DNA of 64,000 nucleotides. Origin: Octopus vulgaris (Eukaryota). How positions within the stretch are numbered: the stretch's first letter is position 1; every line of letters starts with the position of its first letter. The notes beneath the pieces are model-generated. The model was not told the DNA's origin. It made no database searches and saw only the letters and a list, made by a program, of their open reading frames with translations. Made by a program: the position numbers and the translations under genes. The stretch is from contig OX597823.1 of the NCBI GenBank assembly GCA_951406725.2, positions 111,290,001 through 111,354,000 on the forward strand. Reading direction: 5' to 3'. Shown piece after piece: positions 33,032 to 48,428 of this stretch.

Positions 33032-33949
33032 GTGATTGTATAATATATATATAGATGTATGTATTTATATAAACACACACACACACTCTCCCACACATGC
33101 ATACACAGTGCATATACCCTCACCAGAATGATCAAAGATAAATACTTAGGCAAAAGAGGTAATGTGAGGGAGAAGGGCATAGGGATGTGGGGGAGAAGGA
33201 AAGAGAAAGAAAGAGGGCACTGGGAGGGAGAGGAAGAGTGAAAGAGGTAGACAGAGAGTAGGGAGGTGGGAGAATGAATGGGTGGGTGGGTGGGTGGGTG
33301 GGCGTGAAACAATAAGTGAGAGCGAACGAGGGAGAGCATCAGAGAATGAGAGATAGGAAATGAAAATCAAAATAAGAGAAAAAGGAATTATAGAGAAGAA
33401 AAAGTGGACATGTAACGAGTATATGGTGGTGGTGGTGGTGGTGGTGGTGGTGTCGGCAGTAGTTGTTATGGTGGTTGTGGCGTTTGATAATGGGGTTGGG
33501 TAGCTGGGGATGATTGCAGTGCATAGAGTGGTAGTGGTGCTTGTGGTGGTGATGGTATTGTCGTTGGTGTTGATGCTTGTAGTGGTGGTGGTGGTGTTTG
33601 TGGTGGTTGTGGTGGTGGTGGTGATGTTGGTGTTAGCTTTGGTGTAGGTTATGCTGGTAGATGTCGGGATGTTAATGATGATGATTATGATTATGGTGAT
33701 GGTGATGGTGGTGGTGTAGTTTATGCTTGTAGATGCTGGGTTGTTGATGATGATGATGATGGTAGTGGTGGTGGTGGTGGTGGTGGTGGTGGTGGTGGTG
33801 GCTTTGGTTGTGGCGGTGGCATGATATATAAAGTGCAAGAGGTGCAGAAAACAACATTGAATGAGGCACAGCGGCAGACAGAGTGTAAAACTGGGAGAGT
33901 GACTGGTTGAGAAATAGATAGACTAAAAGCTATGAAGAGCATGAGAGAG

Positions 33950-33990
<41 letters not shown>

Positions 33991-34939
33991 GAAAGAGAGA
34001 GAAAGGGATAGTTAGACAGACAGAAATAGATAAAGAGAGCCAAAGATAAAGGCTGTGAGTGAGAGAGCAGGCAAACAGACAATCGGCCTGATGGGGTGAT
34101 GGACAATGAGCCAGGGAGACATTTACACTGATAAATAGATAGAAAAATTCATTGAATGGACAGATAAAATAGTTTACTAGCTGACTATCTGGCTATCTAG
34201 CTAGCTGGCTACCACTGGGCTGGATGACTGGTTGCAAAAAAATGGACATACAGACAGAATGGAAAGCAGTGAGAAGAGAAGATGGGGGCGTGGTAGGGAG
34301 TCTGGATAACAAACATGTCCCTGGAGTTGGCTGGACAACTGGTCAAACTGCAGCCATTACGGCTGCTGCTGCTACTGCTGGTTGCTGTGTGGATTATGAC
34401 TGTGTTAGTTTAGCGAGGGATCCGTCTGTCTGTCTGTCAGTGTGTCTGTCCGATTGGGTCATAGAATGGTTGGATGGACAGCTAGTTGTCTGTTTGGGCA
34501 GTGGATGCATTTTTAGCTGCTGGTCAGATGATTGTTGTTGTTTTTTATTGCTAAAGCAGCCCTGATTGAGCTGAACTATTGTAATCAAAGCCTTTCCATT
34601 GAACAGGCCAGCCTCTTATTTTTAAAAGCTGTTAGGAACATCACCAAGGACTATATTAGTTAAGACGTCGTTCAAATTTTAAGACTGCAATATATAAATT
34701 AAAGTGAAATCTGACTGCTATATCTAGCAGATCAAGCAAGCACATAGATATTACCTCATTGATTCCTGGCAAGACAGTTATTATTGTTGTTGTTGTTTGA
34801 CCCAGGATTAACTCATATGGACCTTGTGATCAAAAACAGACCAAATGGAGTCCATGTGTACTGGTTTTCAGACAATGGCCATGAATCTTAGAATCTTAGA
34901 ATGGCTTCAACATTCTAATACTAAAAAATGTTACTTTAA

Positions 34940-35154
34940 CCTTTTCGTTACTGTATTTATTTTGAGATGCTCTGTGTTTCTTTTAATTACTTATAATAAA
35001 GAATTTAGTAAAATAATTTAGTTACCATTAACCTAGTGTTTGGAACATAAATTGTGACTAAGGTTTGGTGGAAGATTTTAACTGTAAACTTATGAAAACA
35101 AGACATTTGCATTCAGAACCAGAGCCGGTTTCAGCCAGGTTGGTAATGAAAGGG
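34940..35154. mobile_element. piggyBac-like MITE (215 bp) with TTAA target duplication
   Basis: Reads TTAA|CCTTTTCGTTAC ... GTAATGAAAGGG|TTAA, giving 10/12 matching TIRs. A related degenerate copy lies in reverse orientation at ~56870-57035. Confidence 0.85.
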
Positions 35155-35633
35155 TTAAAGACACCTCGGTACTGTCATTAACAGGTAGGTCAGCCAAGAA
35201 GAGGCTCTTGGCTGGATAGTTGGTTAGTTAATCAAACAGTCATTTAATTCCATATTTTACTGGAAGATTAATTTAAAAGTTCCTCAGTCCTTCAGCTGGA
35301 CAGAACAATGACCAAATGGGTATCTGGCGTTCTGTCCAATTGACTGCTCAGTTTGAGAGATGTTGGAACTGGTTGATTTATATATAGTGGCGAGGTGCTA
35401 TAATTTTACTTACTTACAGTCACAATTTGTGAAGAATACCATCTTTGGTTACTGGTTTCCAACAGACCAGTTACTAGTTCAACATATTTCTAACAGCAAG
35501 AAGGAGATAACAGCAAGAAGGAGAAGGGGAGATATAATTGCAAATTGGGATATCACTTAGAAAGGGCTGCTTTTCAATTATTTTTTGAATTCTTCACCAA
35601 CATTTGCCAAAAAACATAAACATTCATATACAT

Positions 35634-35699
<66 letters not shown>

Positions 35700-35759
35700 T
35701 AATATAAATAATATAATAATATATACATACATATATATACATACCTATATATATATGTA

Positions 35760-35999
35760 TATATACATGCATATATGGGTACAGGACATCAAAAAGACGT
35801 TGAACACAATGAGAAATGAAAACATAAAAACAAAAATATAGAAACGAACTTTTTTTTGAACAACGGAAAAAACAAACAGAGAAACGAGACATGTAACATT
35901 AAGAATATTCCCCTTCTTCAGTTGTCCCTGTTTCATCTACTCCGCGTTTCGAAGGCAAGGACAAGATGTGACTTCGTTGAAACAGTCCTTCCTGCAAAG

Positions 36000-36002
<3 letters not shown>
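35760..36002 (-). mobile_element. Penelope-like terminal-repeat fragment with permuted hammerhead-like boxes, between (TA)n tracts
   Basis: The rc reads CCTTCGAAACGCGGAG...ACAACTGAAGAAGGGG; homologous to 61246-61480. Confidence 0.55.
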
Positions 36003-36060
<58 letters not shown>

Positions 36061-37579
36061 CCCATTCACATATATATATACATATATATACATATATATA
36101 TTTATGTGTATACATACATACTATATGTGCACACACACACACTCATACACATTGTGTTTTAGTCTTTCAAACTCAAGTGACAAGGTACTAATCAACTAAT
36201 GGCCTTAGTATAAAACACTTGCCTAAGATGTCACTCAGAAGAATCAAACTTGTATAGTAAAACAAGGATGATGACTGTATCAGTTGTTGCTATTATTTAA
36301 CCCAAGGTCGCCCCTAATCCAGCAGATCCAGCCTTGACTAATCTATTTTTTCCACAAGTAACTTGAGCAACATTATATCATTTGTGTCCTTCATTTTGTT
36401 AAAGAAGATTTGGCTGATATTTTTAGCAAGTCAAATGACCACATAGAAGTTTCCTCACTGCTTCTTTGTGTTGTTATTAACTGACCACCGCTGTCTGGTC
36501 ACTTAGTTCTTTACATCATTGCTTAGGTCATCAGCTGGCCAGTCAGCTGGTTGGCTGGGCAGTTAGCCAGCTGGACAGTTGTTTTGGCACTGAAGTACAA
36601 TCAGCTGACTTGACCAGTCTCCATGATGCTGGACAACCAAAGCTGCAACTTCTGCACATTTTTCTCTCTCTCTCTCTCTCCCTCTCTCCTGTCCCTCTCC
36701 CTCTCTCCTCTCTCTTTCCTCTTTTCCCTCACTCATTTCATTCTTTTATATCTTCTTTTTCACCTTTCCTCTTTCTTTCAACCGTATGTACATATACAAG
36801 CATGCTTGAACACATATATACATAAATACACCCACAAATACACACGTGTATTTGTGGGTGTTTGTGTGTGTGTATGTGCGTGAATGTATTTCACTGGTTC
36901 CCACCATTAGAATGTGGTCATGCTAGAGCACCGCTTTCAAACAAAATTCATTTTAATGATTAGTTTGTAAATTCTATTCATTAAGCTACTAAGTTACGTG
37001 ATGTTGAAGACTCGCAACTTAATCAATGACGTAAGAAATAAATACACAGATGTACACACAAACAAACACACACACACACACACACATACACATACACACA
37101 CATGCATACACACACACACACATATGATCAGGCATTCGGAGATGATGAATATTTTCTACCTAAAATCTACAAGAGTACTGGGAACTGGAAAAATTCTTCT
37201 GATTTTTGGGTGAGAAAAGAGTTCAAATTCTGCCAAGGTAGACTTTGCCTTTCATCTTTTCAGGGATCATTATTGTTATCATCATTCCCTGCTCCTCCTC
37301 CTCCTCATTATCTTCATCATCATCATCATCATCCTCATCATCATCATTCAAGTCCATTGTTCATGCTGGCATGGGATGGACTATAAAAGAAGTACCAGTT
37401 GAACACTGGGGTGGGTGTAATTGACTTACCCATGCCCCTGAAATTACTGACCTTATGCCAAAATTTTAAACCAATATTATTCATAGGAGTTGAGCACTGG
37501 GGTTGATGTAATCAACTTTTCCTCTATCCCAAAACTGCTGGCCATGAATAATACCTGAATCCAATATTATTCAGAGGAG

Positions 37580-38145
<566 letters not shown>

Positions 38146-38472
38146 TCTGGTCATGAAGCTCCTGATTATAGACAGCCTTAATGTACATGACTAAATGCAT
38201 TGCTCATTTAGCCTTATTATTGCTTTGGGCCCAGAAAAATCACAGATATATTTTGAGCTCACTGAATAGATTCATTGTGTATAACTGGTACTTATGTTAC
38301 AAAGATTAGCATGGGGAAAAATAAAAATGGAATTAGAAGGTTGAACACAGTAAAAATTCATCAACAGAGAGTCAGAACAGTAAAATGACATTCCGATGTT
38401 ATTCTTGCTAAAATTCCACACATCCTAGCTGGATATTAGCGGCAAAATAAATAATAACAATAACAATGATAA

Positions 38473-38507
<35 letters not shown>

Positions 38508-38521
38508 ATAATAATAGCTAT

Positions 38522-38673
38522 TTATCTTGATATGAGATCACCATGTTGTGCACATATGGTTGAGATGCATGTGCCTAGTGTACCCTTATCAGAGGGGTAG
38601 TCATGATGGGTATACAGGGCTTCGTATATTTTACCCCAGTGTCACTTTGATGGCATGCACTGCTCTCTCACTC

Positions 38674-38720
<47 letters not shown>
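38522..38720 (+). mobile_element. Probable 3' end of a non-LTR retroelement with (AAT)n tail
   Basis: A ~150-bp complex island ending CTCTCTCACTC(AAT)n, set between trinucleotide tracts. It occurs once in this window, so the family assignment is inferred. Confidence 0.45.
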
Positions 38721-38722
<2 letters not shown>

Positions 38723-39232
38723 TTAATGATAATAATATGATAATTTCTTACATTGACAAAGGGGCTAAAAATTTTGGAGGAAGATCTGGTCAAATGAATT
38801 AAACCCAATATATCACAGGTAAAATATTTTCTCGGGTAGAGAAAGATGACTAATGTCAGTAGGATTTGAAATTGGTATGTATAAGAGCTAGAACTAAATA
38901 CCATATGACACTTGACCCCACGCTCTAATGATTCAGCTAAATCCACGAAATTTATTGATATCTAAATTAGACAGAAGACCTCAAAATTAGGAGCAGGATA
39001 CAGTTGATTAAATCACCCCCAGTACTTGATTGGCAATAAATTCTGTCAACACCATCAGGATGAAAGGGAAATTTGACCCCAACAAAATCTGAACTCAGAA
39101 TATAAAGGGCCATAATAAAATCCCTAAAAAAAAAAATCATTTGGTCCAAAGTTCTAACAATGCTGCCATTCCACTATCCACAATATCAATAATAATATTA
39201 GTAATAGTAATACTAACAACAACAACAACATA

Positions 39233-39279
<47 letters not shown>

Positions 39280-39686
39280 AGTAACAATGCAAATCAGAAG
39301 CGAATATTAGAACAACAAAGAGAGCAACAATAACAACGAAGAAAGCCTCCGACCCACAAACGGAAAAAAAGACATCATAAAAAGGATCTAAATATTTTTC
39401 TTTTTTGGGCAAAAAGAGGAAAAAAAACCCAAAAAAAACGACACAATCACATTCGAAAATGTTAAGAGAATAGTTGAAATGAAAATAAAAGAAAGTACAT
39501 GAGTTAATTCCTAAATAGACATAGAATCGGTAAGTCGTTACTAATTCCTTAATTCTTGTGATTGTCTGCAATTCCCTGCGAAATTAATCAAGATATATAC
39601 AGCACTTTTGATACATCACGTCCTCCATTAGCACAAAGCTTTTGAAGTCTTATATATGTATATATATATGTGTATATATATGCATA

Positions 39687-39726
<40 letters not shown>

Positions 39727-39810
39727 ATATACATATATATGTATATACACACATATATATATATACATATATATATACATACATATATATATACATATAT
39801 ATGTATACTT

Positions 39811-39861
<51 letters not shown>

Positions 39862-40242
39862 TATATCTCTATAAATATATTATCATTATGTATGTGTGTG
39901 AGCTTGCATTTGAATATAGTTGTGTGTATATATATATATATATATATATGTGTATGTATATATAGCATAATGTACCTCCACACACAACCACATACACTCA
40001 CAAACACACATTCACATACAGAAATGCGCATATGTGCAGGATTTCTATTTTATTTCATTTCCATTGTTTGATGATGATTTCGATAATGTGATAGGCGTGT
40101 GATGGATAGCGGGGAAGGTAGATTCCAGCAATAGCTGGGATGTGAAATAGTGGATTGTTGAGAACTCTGTAGTGACACGCGTCATTCATAAGTAACAATG
40201 TGTTACCTATGTATTACTGTATATATATATGTATATATATAA

Positions 40243-40332
<90 letters not shown>

Positions 40333-40363
40333 ATATATATATGTATATATATATATATGCATA

Positions 40364-40394
<31 letters not shown>

Positions 40395-40399
40395 GCATA

Positions 40400-40430
<31 letters not shown>

Positions 40431-40709
40431 GCATATGTATATATATATACACACATACATAGTTATATGTATTTATCTTGTGAGTTTGTGCAATTGTGTG
40501 TATATATGTGTGTGTGTGTATGCATATATATGTGAGTGTGTATATGTATAGATATGTATGTGTGTATGAATACATGTACTTATTTCTATATCTCCTTCTG
40601 TTCATACATATACATTCATACACACACAAATACACATACAAATACACACATGGACGCAGGTACGCACTCACAAACACATATACACATTCATATACGATAA
40701 ATCTAGGTA

Positions 40710-41150
40710 TTCTTTTATTCTTTTATTCTTTTATTCTTTCATTTGTTTCAGTCATTTGTCTGCGGCCATGCTGGAGCACTGCCTTTAGTCGAACAAATCG
40801 ACCCCAGGACTTATTCTTTGTAAGCCTAGTACTTATTTTATTGGTGTCCTTTGCTGAACTGCTAAGTTATGGGGATGTAAACACACCAGTATCAGTGTCA
40901 GGCGATGGTGGCAGGGGACAACCACAGTCGCACAAACATATACACACACGCACACACATAGACAAACAGACAGACACACACACACACACACACTCACACA
41001 ATATACATACATGACCAAATCCACACACAAGGCTTTCAATGGCCCTAAGCTATCGTGGAAAACACTTGCCCAAGGTACCACGCAGTGGGACTGAACCTGG
41101 AACCATGTGGTTGGTAAGCAAGCTACTTACAACACAACCACTCCTATGCC
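40710..41150 (-). mobile_element. SINE family B, full-length, (GAATAAA)n-type tail
   Basis: Homologous to 52196-52595, with an internal CA-rich linker. Confidence 0.9.
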
Positions 41151-41279
41151 TATGTATATATTTCATATATATAGATATATATATACACACACATATATAT
41201 ATATATGTGTGTATAAATATATATATGTATGTATGTATATATACATACATACATATATACATACATATATATATGTATG

Positions 41280-41315
<36 letters not shown>

Positions 41316-41953
41316 TATATATATATATAAGTATATATATTTTATATATGTAAGTATATATATTATATATATATGTGTGTGTATATATATGCATATATGT
41401 ATATTTATAGATATGCATCTATATGTATATGTGTGCATTTGTTATACATACATACATACATACGTACATACATACATACATACATACATACATGCATACA
41501 TACATACATACATACATACATACATGCAAATATACATACATACAACCAGCCAGCTATGTTTACATGTATGTACATTTACATTTCATACAATTAAACTTTA
41601 GTGTATCAGCTTACTGTGTGTACCTCACTGAGACGTTATCAAATGGTAAGGCATTGGATATTATATAGCCACAGGGCTTAGAAGCTATGTGAAATGCCCA
41701 GTCATATGATAACTGTTTAAAAAGAGATCTCCTGTGTGTTAATACAATGTGATGTCTGAAACTTATGCCTTGTAAGTAGATATATAAGGTGTGTGAATGT
41801 GTGTGTGTGCTTGTGCGCACACACACACATATATATATACAAATGCATATATATAAAAATTTGTTGAATGTATATATATATACATGCATGTCTGAGCAAA
41901 TATATACATATCTCCACACACACAGAAATGTGCACATATAATATATATGTGCA

Positions 41954-41987
<34 letters not shown>

Positions 41988-41993
41988 AATATG

Positions 41994-42025
<32 letters not shown>

Positions 42026-42506
42026 AATGTATACATATATATATATATAAATATATATGTACATATATGTATATAAATATGTATGTACATATAAATATAT
42101 ATGTACATATATATATATATATAAATATATATGTACATATATGTATATAAATATGTACATATATATATAAATATATATGTACATATATGTATATGTGTAT
42201 ATATATATATATGTATATGTTTATATATATCTATGTGTTTGTGTGTGTGTGTGAATGTCTATCCATCCTTACTATTTTCATTTTCAATCTGTTTGTTTTC
42301 CATACTGTCAGGAGTTGCCCAGTAGATACTGTTTGAGCTCTACAGTAGGGACCCAGTGGACCCACAGACTTTTGTTTGTATGTCTATGCATGCAGATATC
42401 ACCACCATTTAACGTCCAACTTCCAGGTTGTCAAGGGCTGGACTATAATATATAAATAGAAATATATAAGTGTATACATATATATACATATACACATATA
42501 TACATA

Positions 42507-42589
<83 letters not shown>

Positions 42590-42624
42590 CTCTCCTTCTT
42601 TCTGTGTTTTTCTCTCTCTGTGTA

Positions 42625-42662
42625 TCTTTCTGTTGAAGAGCGTAGGCTCGAAACGTTAAAGA
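42625..42662 (+). ncRNA. Minimal type I hammerhead-like motif (A6U variant) in a 170-bp island within (TA)n
   Basis: Reads TCTTT-CTGTTGA-A-GAGC(GTAG)GCTC-GAAA-CGTT-AAAGA. Stem I is TCTTT/AAAGA, and palindromic AACGTT takes the place of stem III. Confidence 0.55.
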
Positions 42663-42759
42663 CTTGTTTTATTTATATTTCCTGAGCGCCATACTAATAC
42701 AATTGTTCGTTTGTTTTCCACCTGCCTTCGTCTTTTGTCTATTTTCATAAAGCTTCCCG

Positions 42760-42832
<73 letters not shown>

Positions 42833-43036
42833 TAAATATGCACACACACACACACTCACACAACATACACGTATGTGCACGTGCATGCACATACACAGGA
42901 ATAAGCATTTGTACAAACTTGTTACCGGTTCAATTACGCTTGAGGCATATTCAAGCCGGTATGAAAGCCATTCACTGGTTTTTGAACTGGTAACGAGTTT
43001 TTATTTATACACATCACTATTTATCACTTCTGTCCC

Positions 43037-43069
<33 letters not shown>

Positions 43070-43095
43070 TATGTATGCATGTATATATATATAAA

Positions 43096-43142
<47 letters not shown>

Positions 43143-43149
43143 ATGTGTT

Positions 43150-43209
<60 letters not shown>

Positions 43210-43879
43210 GATACATATATATATATACACACACACATATATACACATACACACACGCAAATATATATATGGATATATATGTATATACACATATGAATAC
43301 ATATGTTTCCAGATTCAGATTCATATTTATATATATATATATTTGTATATGTATATATAAACATATAAGTGTATATACATAAATACATGTGTATAGCACA
43401 TGTGCATGTATACAGACATATATGCACACACACACACATGTATGTATGTATGTATGTATGTATGTAATAACTGCATTGAACAATGCCAAATCCATGTGTT
43501 TCCCCATGGTCACAGCCACCCATGACCAACTTCACCATTGCCACTATCAGCTGCTACCACCTAGGGAGCATATAAATAGTCCTACCACCTGCATGAAATA
43601 GCAGCTAAATCTCCCTCAATTCATGCTCTATTAAAACTAGAAACCACTTTTTTATATAGCGTAATACATGGTGTGTGAAATCCTTCATTGGTGGGATGGG
43701 CACAACTGGATTGTCTTTCGAGCATGCATGTTTTATAAGAGTTGACCAGGGCTTAAAGCCCAACAGCAGCGTCACCCCAGTGTGTAACACCTAAACAATG
43801 ATCTTCACTGCTGCCACAATAATTTTATAACAACCACACAATTTATACATCATTGCCCTTAACATAATTACTATCTTTT

Positions 43880-44075
43880 TGAGAATGACTCTTTGGTCGC
43901 TCAGCATGCTAGATATAGCAGTCAAATCACCTACATTTTAAATTCTGTCATTTTTAAAAAAGACATTTTAGATACTGTCCTGGGTTGCTTATGTATGAGA
44001 ACATTTTTGTGATGGCCATGCTTGGAATGATTTTGATCATAAGTTTTGCATTCAGGGTTGACTTGGGGTTAAAAC
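43880..44075 (+). repeat. Dispersed repeat family E (GCTAGAAATAGCAGCCAAAT core), unclassified
   Basis: The core recurs near 368, 24976, 34710(-), 36410(-), 43593, 47550(-), 53105 and 58563. Confidence 0.6.
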
Positions 44076-44337
44076 AACAGCAACAATGATAACTACCAAC
44101 AACATTGCTTCTAACAACAACACTATAAGCTGCAGCATCATCACCACCACCACCAACACCATCATCACGACCAACAACAACACTAACACCGCTACCACCA
44201 CCACCACCACCACCACCACCACCACCACCACCACCACCACCACCACCACCTCCGGCAGCATCTTCAACAAATGCAGCTACAAAGAAATATGTTTCAGACA
44301 CAGAATGATACTAAATGTTAATAATAATAATAATAAC

Positions 44338-44422
<85 letters not shown>

Positions 44423-44774
44423 ATAATAATAATAAGAAGAAGAAGGAGAACAAATAAATAAATAAAATGCATAAAAAAATGCAGACATATATTTCAAGTA
44501 TCATTTCTCTCTCTCTTTCTCTCTATCTTTCTCTTTCTCTCTTTCTCTCTCTCTCTTCCTTTTTACTCTCTCTCTCACTCCCTCTCTCCTTCACTCTGTC
44601 TATTTTTATTGCTCCCCTCTCACCACCAATTTAATATACTTCACTGCAAGAGATAATGTATGTATATGTGAGTGTGTATGTACGTACGTTTGTATGTATG
44701 CATGCCTGTATGTATGTATTCATATATATGTGGGTGCATCGATGTATACATACATATGTGTGTGTGAATGTGTG

Positions 44775-44805
<31 letters not shown>

Positions 44806-44892
44806 ACATATATTTATATATACTTTTTAGATGCACACATACACAAATAAATTGATAGAGGTAGATAGAATTGAAAAATGTGAAAATGATGT

Positions 44893-44942
<50 letters not shown>

Positions 44943-44943
44943 A

Positions 44944-45001
<58 letters not shown>

Positions 45002-45441
45002 TACGGCGGTGGGAGTAACGTGGTGGTGATGGTGTTGGTGTTGGTGGTGGTGGTGGTGGTCGTGGTGGGTTTGGTTTGTATATATCTATGTTGTTATGTC
45101 TGTGTTATGTATGTTTTATACAGACGGTGGTGTTGAATTGTTAAAGGGTGGGGTGGCGGGAGGGGAGAGGATTGATTGCAGTCGGTAGGTTGTGCGGAGT
45201 GAGGGATGGATGGATGGATGGAGGGAGGCAGGGATGTAGAAGTGATGTAGTGGTGGCAATGTTAGTGTGGGTGAAGTGTGGTCATTGGCAGTGTAGAGGC
45301 GGTAGTACAGAGGTGGTTGTGTAGTGTTAATAGTGGGGTGTTTAGGGGGTCGCTGATTCTACTGTCAGTAAGCGGTGGGGGTGGGGGTGGGGGTGCTGGT
45401 GCTGGTGCGGATGCTGGGGTGTGATGTGGATGAAGGCGTGG

Positions 45442-45462
45442 TCAGTTGTCCTGCACGTCCTC
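45442..45462 (-). CDS. Candidate short terminal coding exon (EDVQDN* if phase 0) of an unidentified gene
   Basis: The acceptor-like TTGTGTTTCATATTTTCCAG is followed by GC-richer non-repeat sequence. The other phases are open for about 30-40 codons. No upstream exon was found. Confidence 0.25.
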   Translation of the reverse strand, partial: EDVQDN

Positions 45463-45874
45463 CTGGAAAATATGAAACACAACGTAGCTTGGAATAATGG
45501 CTTTTAATTAACGATGAATCCATTCCGAGTGAGATGAGACAAAAGAAGATAAAAGAGAGAAAGAAAGAGAGGGATAGAAAAAAATGATTGTGAAATGATA
45601 AAAGAGCTTGGAAGGAATCCAAGTGGAAGTTGAGATGTTCATGCTGTTCTCGTGAGGGGATCAGGATGCCACAATACAATGCCTGTCGAAATAATATGCA
45701 TGTGTAAGTGTGTATATGTGTGTGTGTGTATACATATATATAAATATATATAATATATATATGTATATATACAGATATATAGATATATGAATATACATGT
45801 GTGTACATTTTAAACATTTTAAATACAAATATATGTATATATATTATATATATTATATATACACATATATATCA

Positions 45875-45913
<39 letters not shown>

Positions 45914-46056
45914 CACACACACATGCATAAATATATATATATATATGAATTTTTTGCGTAATGAGATAAAAAAACCAAGGCTGTATAGATATTAGAGCAT
46001 TTATACATAGAAGGTCTTACAGCTGTTTAGAATGTCTTACAGTGATAGGTCTTACA

Positions 46057-46114
<58 letters not shown>

Positions 46115-46883
46115 CACACACACGCACATATATATATATGTGTGTGTGTGTCAGAGCTTTCTCAGGTGCATGTATGTGTGTGCGTTAATGGTACATATAA
46201 ACACATGCATATGTGTATGTAGGATGGCATGTATGTAGATAGGGAGGTGGTACATAGGGATGTAAGTACATATATAAGAACACAGGTGGGTAAGTCGGTA
46301 GGTACATAGCATTATGGTACATAGCATATTCTACATAAATGTGTTGCATTTATGTAGAATATTTATTTTACTAAGTGACCTGCAGTCTGTGGTCACTTCA
46401 TATAATTAAACTAAATGAAGTATACTTGGTATGCTACACCAACTACAGAATCTATATATACTCTACAAAACTTATCTTTCACCCCTTGACCCAGCACAAT
46501 CCTCATGGCCAAACAGACCCTCGGAAGTTTTAATCTCAATTCATTTGTTTTTGATCTCATTCAGTCACCTACAGCACCAGATGTGACACTGAATTTCTAT
46601 TAGGACAACAACTACATGTCCTATTGGGGCAATCGAAACTACAATAGCGACCCCTTTTCAGTAATTTAGGGTCTTGTTTGTTCACCAGCACTGGATGTGT
46701 CCACTTCAATGCTTGATATGATGATGTAGCTCTTCAGAGTTAAAAAACTATTTCTTCTTGTTGATAACTTGCCCTAGGTCACCCTCGATGGTGCAAACCC
46801 AAGATCAAAGCATTTTCTCCTGGTCATCTGACTATGTAGCTTTGGGTTTTGTTTGCTTAAAAATACACATACATATATATCCA

Positions 46884-47100
46884 ATCGATGGTGTTTAAAT
46901 TTTGGATTTAATTTCAAGGAAAAATATAAACACAAATCAATTAATGACGGAAAACAAAATCAGAATAATTGTAATTATTTAATTAATTTGAAATGCAACT
47001 AAATAATTGCAAATATAAATATATATGGGATGATAATTATGATGTAGACACAAAACATAATGAAATTAAACGTGTGCTTGTATGTGTGTGTTAGTATGTG
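46884..47100 (+). repeat. Copy 1 of a ~215-bp local direct duplication (copy 2 at 48241-48478)
   Basis: Both copies begin ATCGATGGTGTTTAAATTT and stay collinear through GAAATTAAAyGTGTGCTTGT. Confidence 0.92.
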
Positions 47101-47269
47101 TCCTATCTTTAATGAAATTGAATAGTGTGATTTGAATGAAATTAGACTGGTATTTCTTTCAGATTAAAAGGCAACATTGAAACTAATTTTTTATATGGCT
47201 GTTCACTGCAATTTCAGCCGGAAGCAAGTAGACCTACGGGCAAAATTTATTTCCTCTGTCTAGAAAAAT

Positions 47270-47485
47270 GAGGGGATGCTGAAAATTTCCTGGATTTCAA
47301 TGAAAGAAAATAAAAAAAGGTTCAGTTAATTATGATTTCATTTAAGATATTCCCTTCCCAGATTCACAAACTTATTGTATTGGTCCTTTAATTTTTCTAA
47401 ACTTTGTAAAATAACTCATAAGGCTGTGCCGCCAACCTGGTCTTACACGATGCTCTTAAGACCAGGAACTTTTCAACCCTAAGCC
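47270..47485. mobile_element. Degenerate mariner-like MITE
   Basis: GAGGGGATGCTGAAAATTTCCTGG ... CCAGGAACTTTTCA gives a 13/14 inverted match. Confidence 0.6.
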
Positions 47486-47819
47486 CACTTGTATCTTATT
47501 TAATGTGTTACTTTTAATGTGTCATTATAGTGAGATGTGTATGAGATTTAGCTACCATTTCTACAGGACCACATGGAAGTTCCATAGGTGGACACTTTAC
47601 AGGAAATAGAAGTTAGTCAATTGAGTATAATAGTTATAGGTGAGTAAGTACAAGCCCCAAGCTTATTATACAAATAGGTCCCAGACCACTTCACCTAATG
47701 CTGCATCTCTCACAACTAATGGTACACTGAAGACTAGTTTTGTTATATACCTACACACCAACACCCAGAGAAATATGCATATACAGATACAGATATAGAC
47801 GTGACTTTGTGGGGGAGGG

Positions 47820-47870
<51 letters not shown>

Positions 47871-47901
47871 TGTGTGTATTTGCATATTTGTATATGTATA
47901 T

Positions 47902-47942
<41 letters not shown>

Positions 47943-48428
47943 AATATAAACATGTATAAACACACACACACACACATATATTTAGCTACACTCATAGGCA
48001 TCTGTATTTATATGCCTGCATATATGTGTATGCATATGTCTATATAAGCATGTGTGCATGTATTTCCATATGTATACATATATATGTATGCATATATATA
48101 TATATATATATATAATATTACACACACACACACACACACACATGTGCACATATGCACACACACACACACACACAAACCCACAAACACACACACAAATATA
48201 TTTAATTTATTGACAATTTATGCTGGAATATATTTTTCCTATCGATGGTGTTTAAATTTGGATTTAATTTCAAGGAAAAAAATAACAAACACAAATCAAT
48301 CAATGAGGGAAAACAGAAAACAGAATAATTGTAATTATCTAATAATTTGAAATGCAACTAAATAATTGCAGATATAAATATATATAGAATGATAATTATG
48401 ATACAGACACAAAATATAATGAAATTAA

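Noticed and set aside
33146-33838. Thr-rich mucin-like ORF
   Set aside because: It is a mosaic of trinucleotide repeats with no splice or domain evidence.
47728-47745. miR-7-like sequence TGAAGACTAGTTTTGTT
   Set aside because: The seed is broken, there is an internal deletion, and no precursor hairpin is seen.
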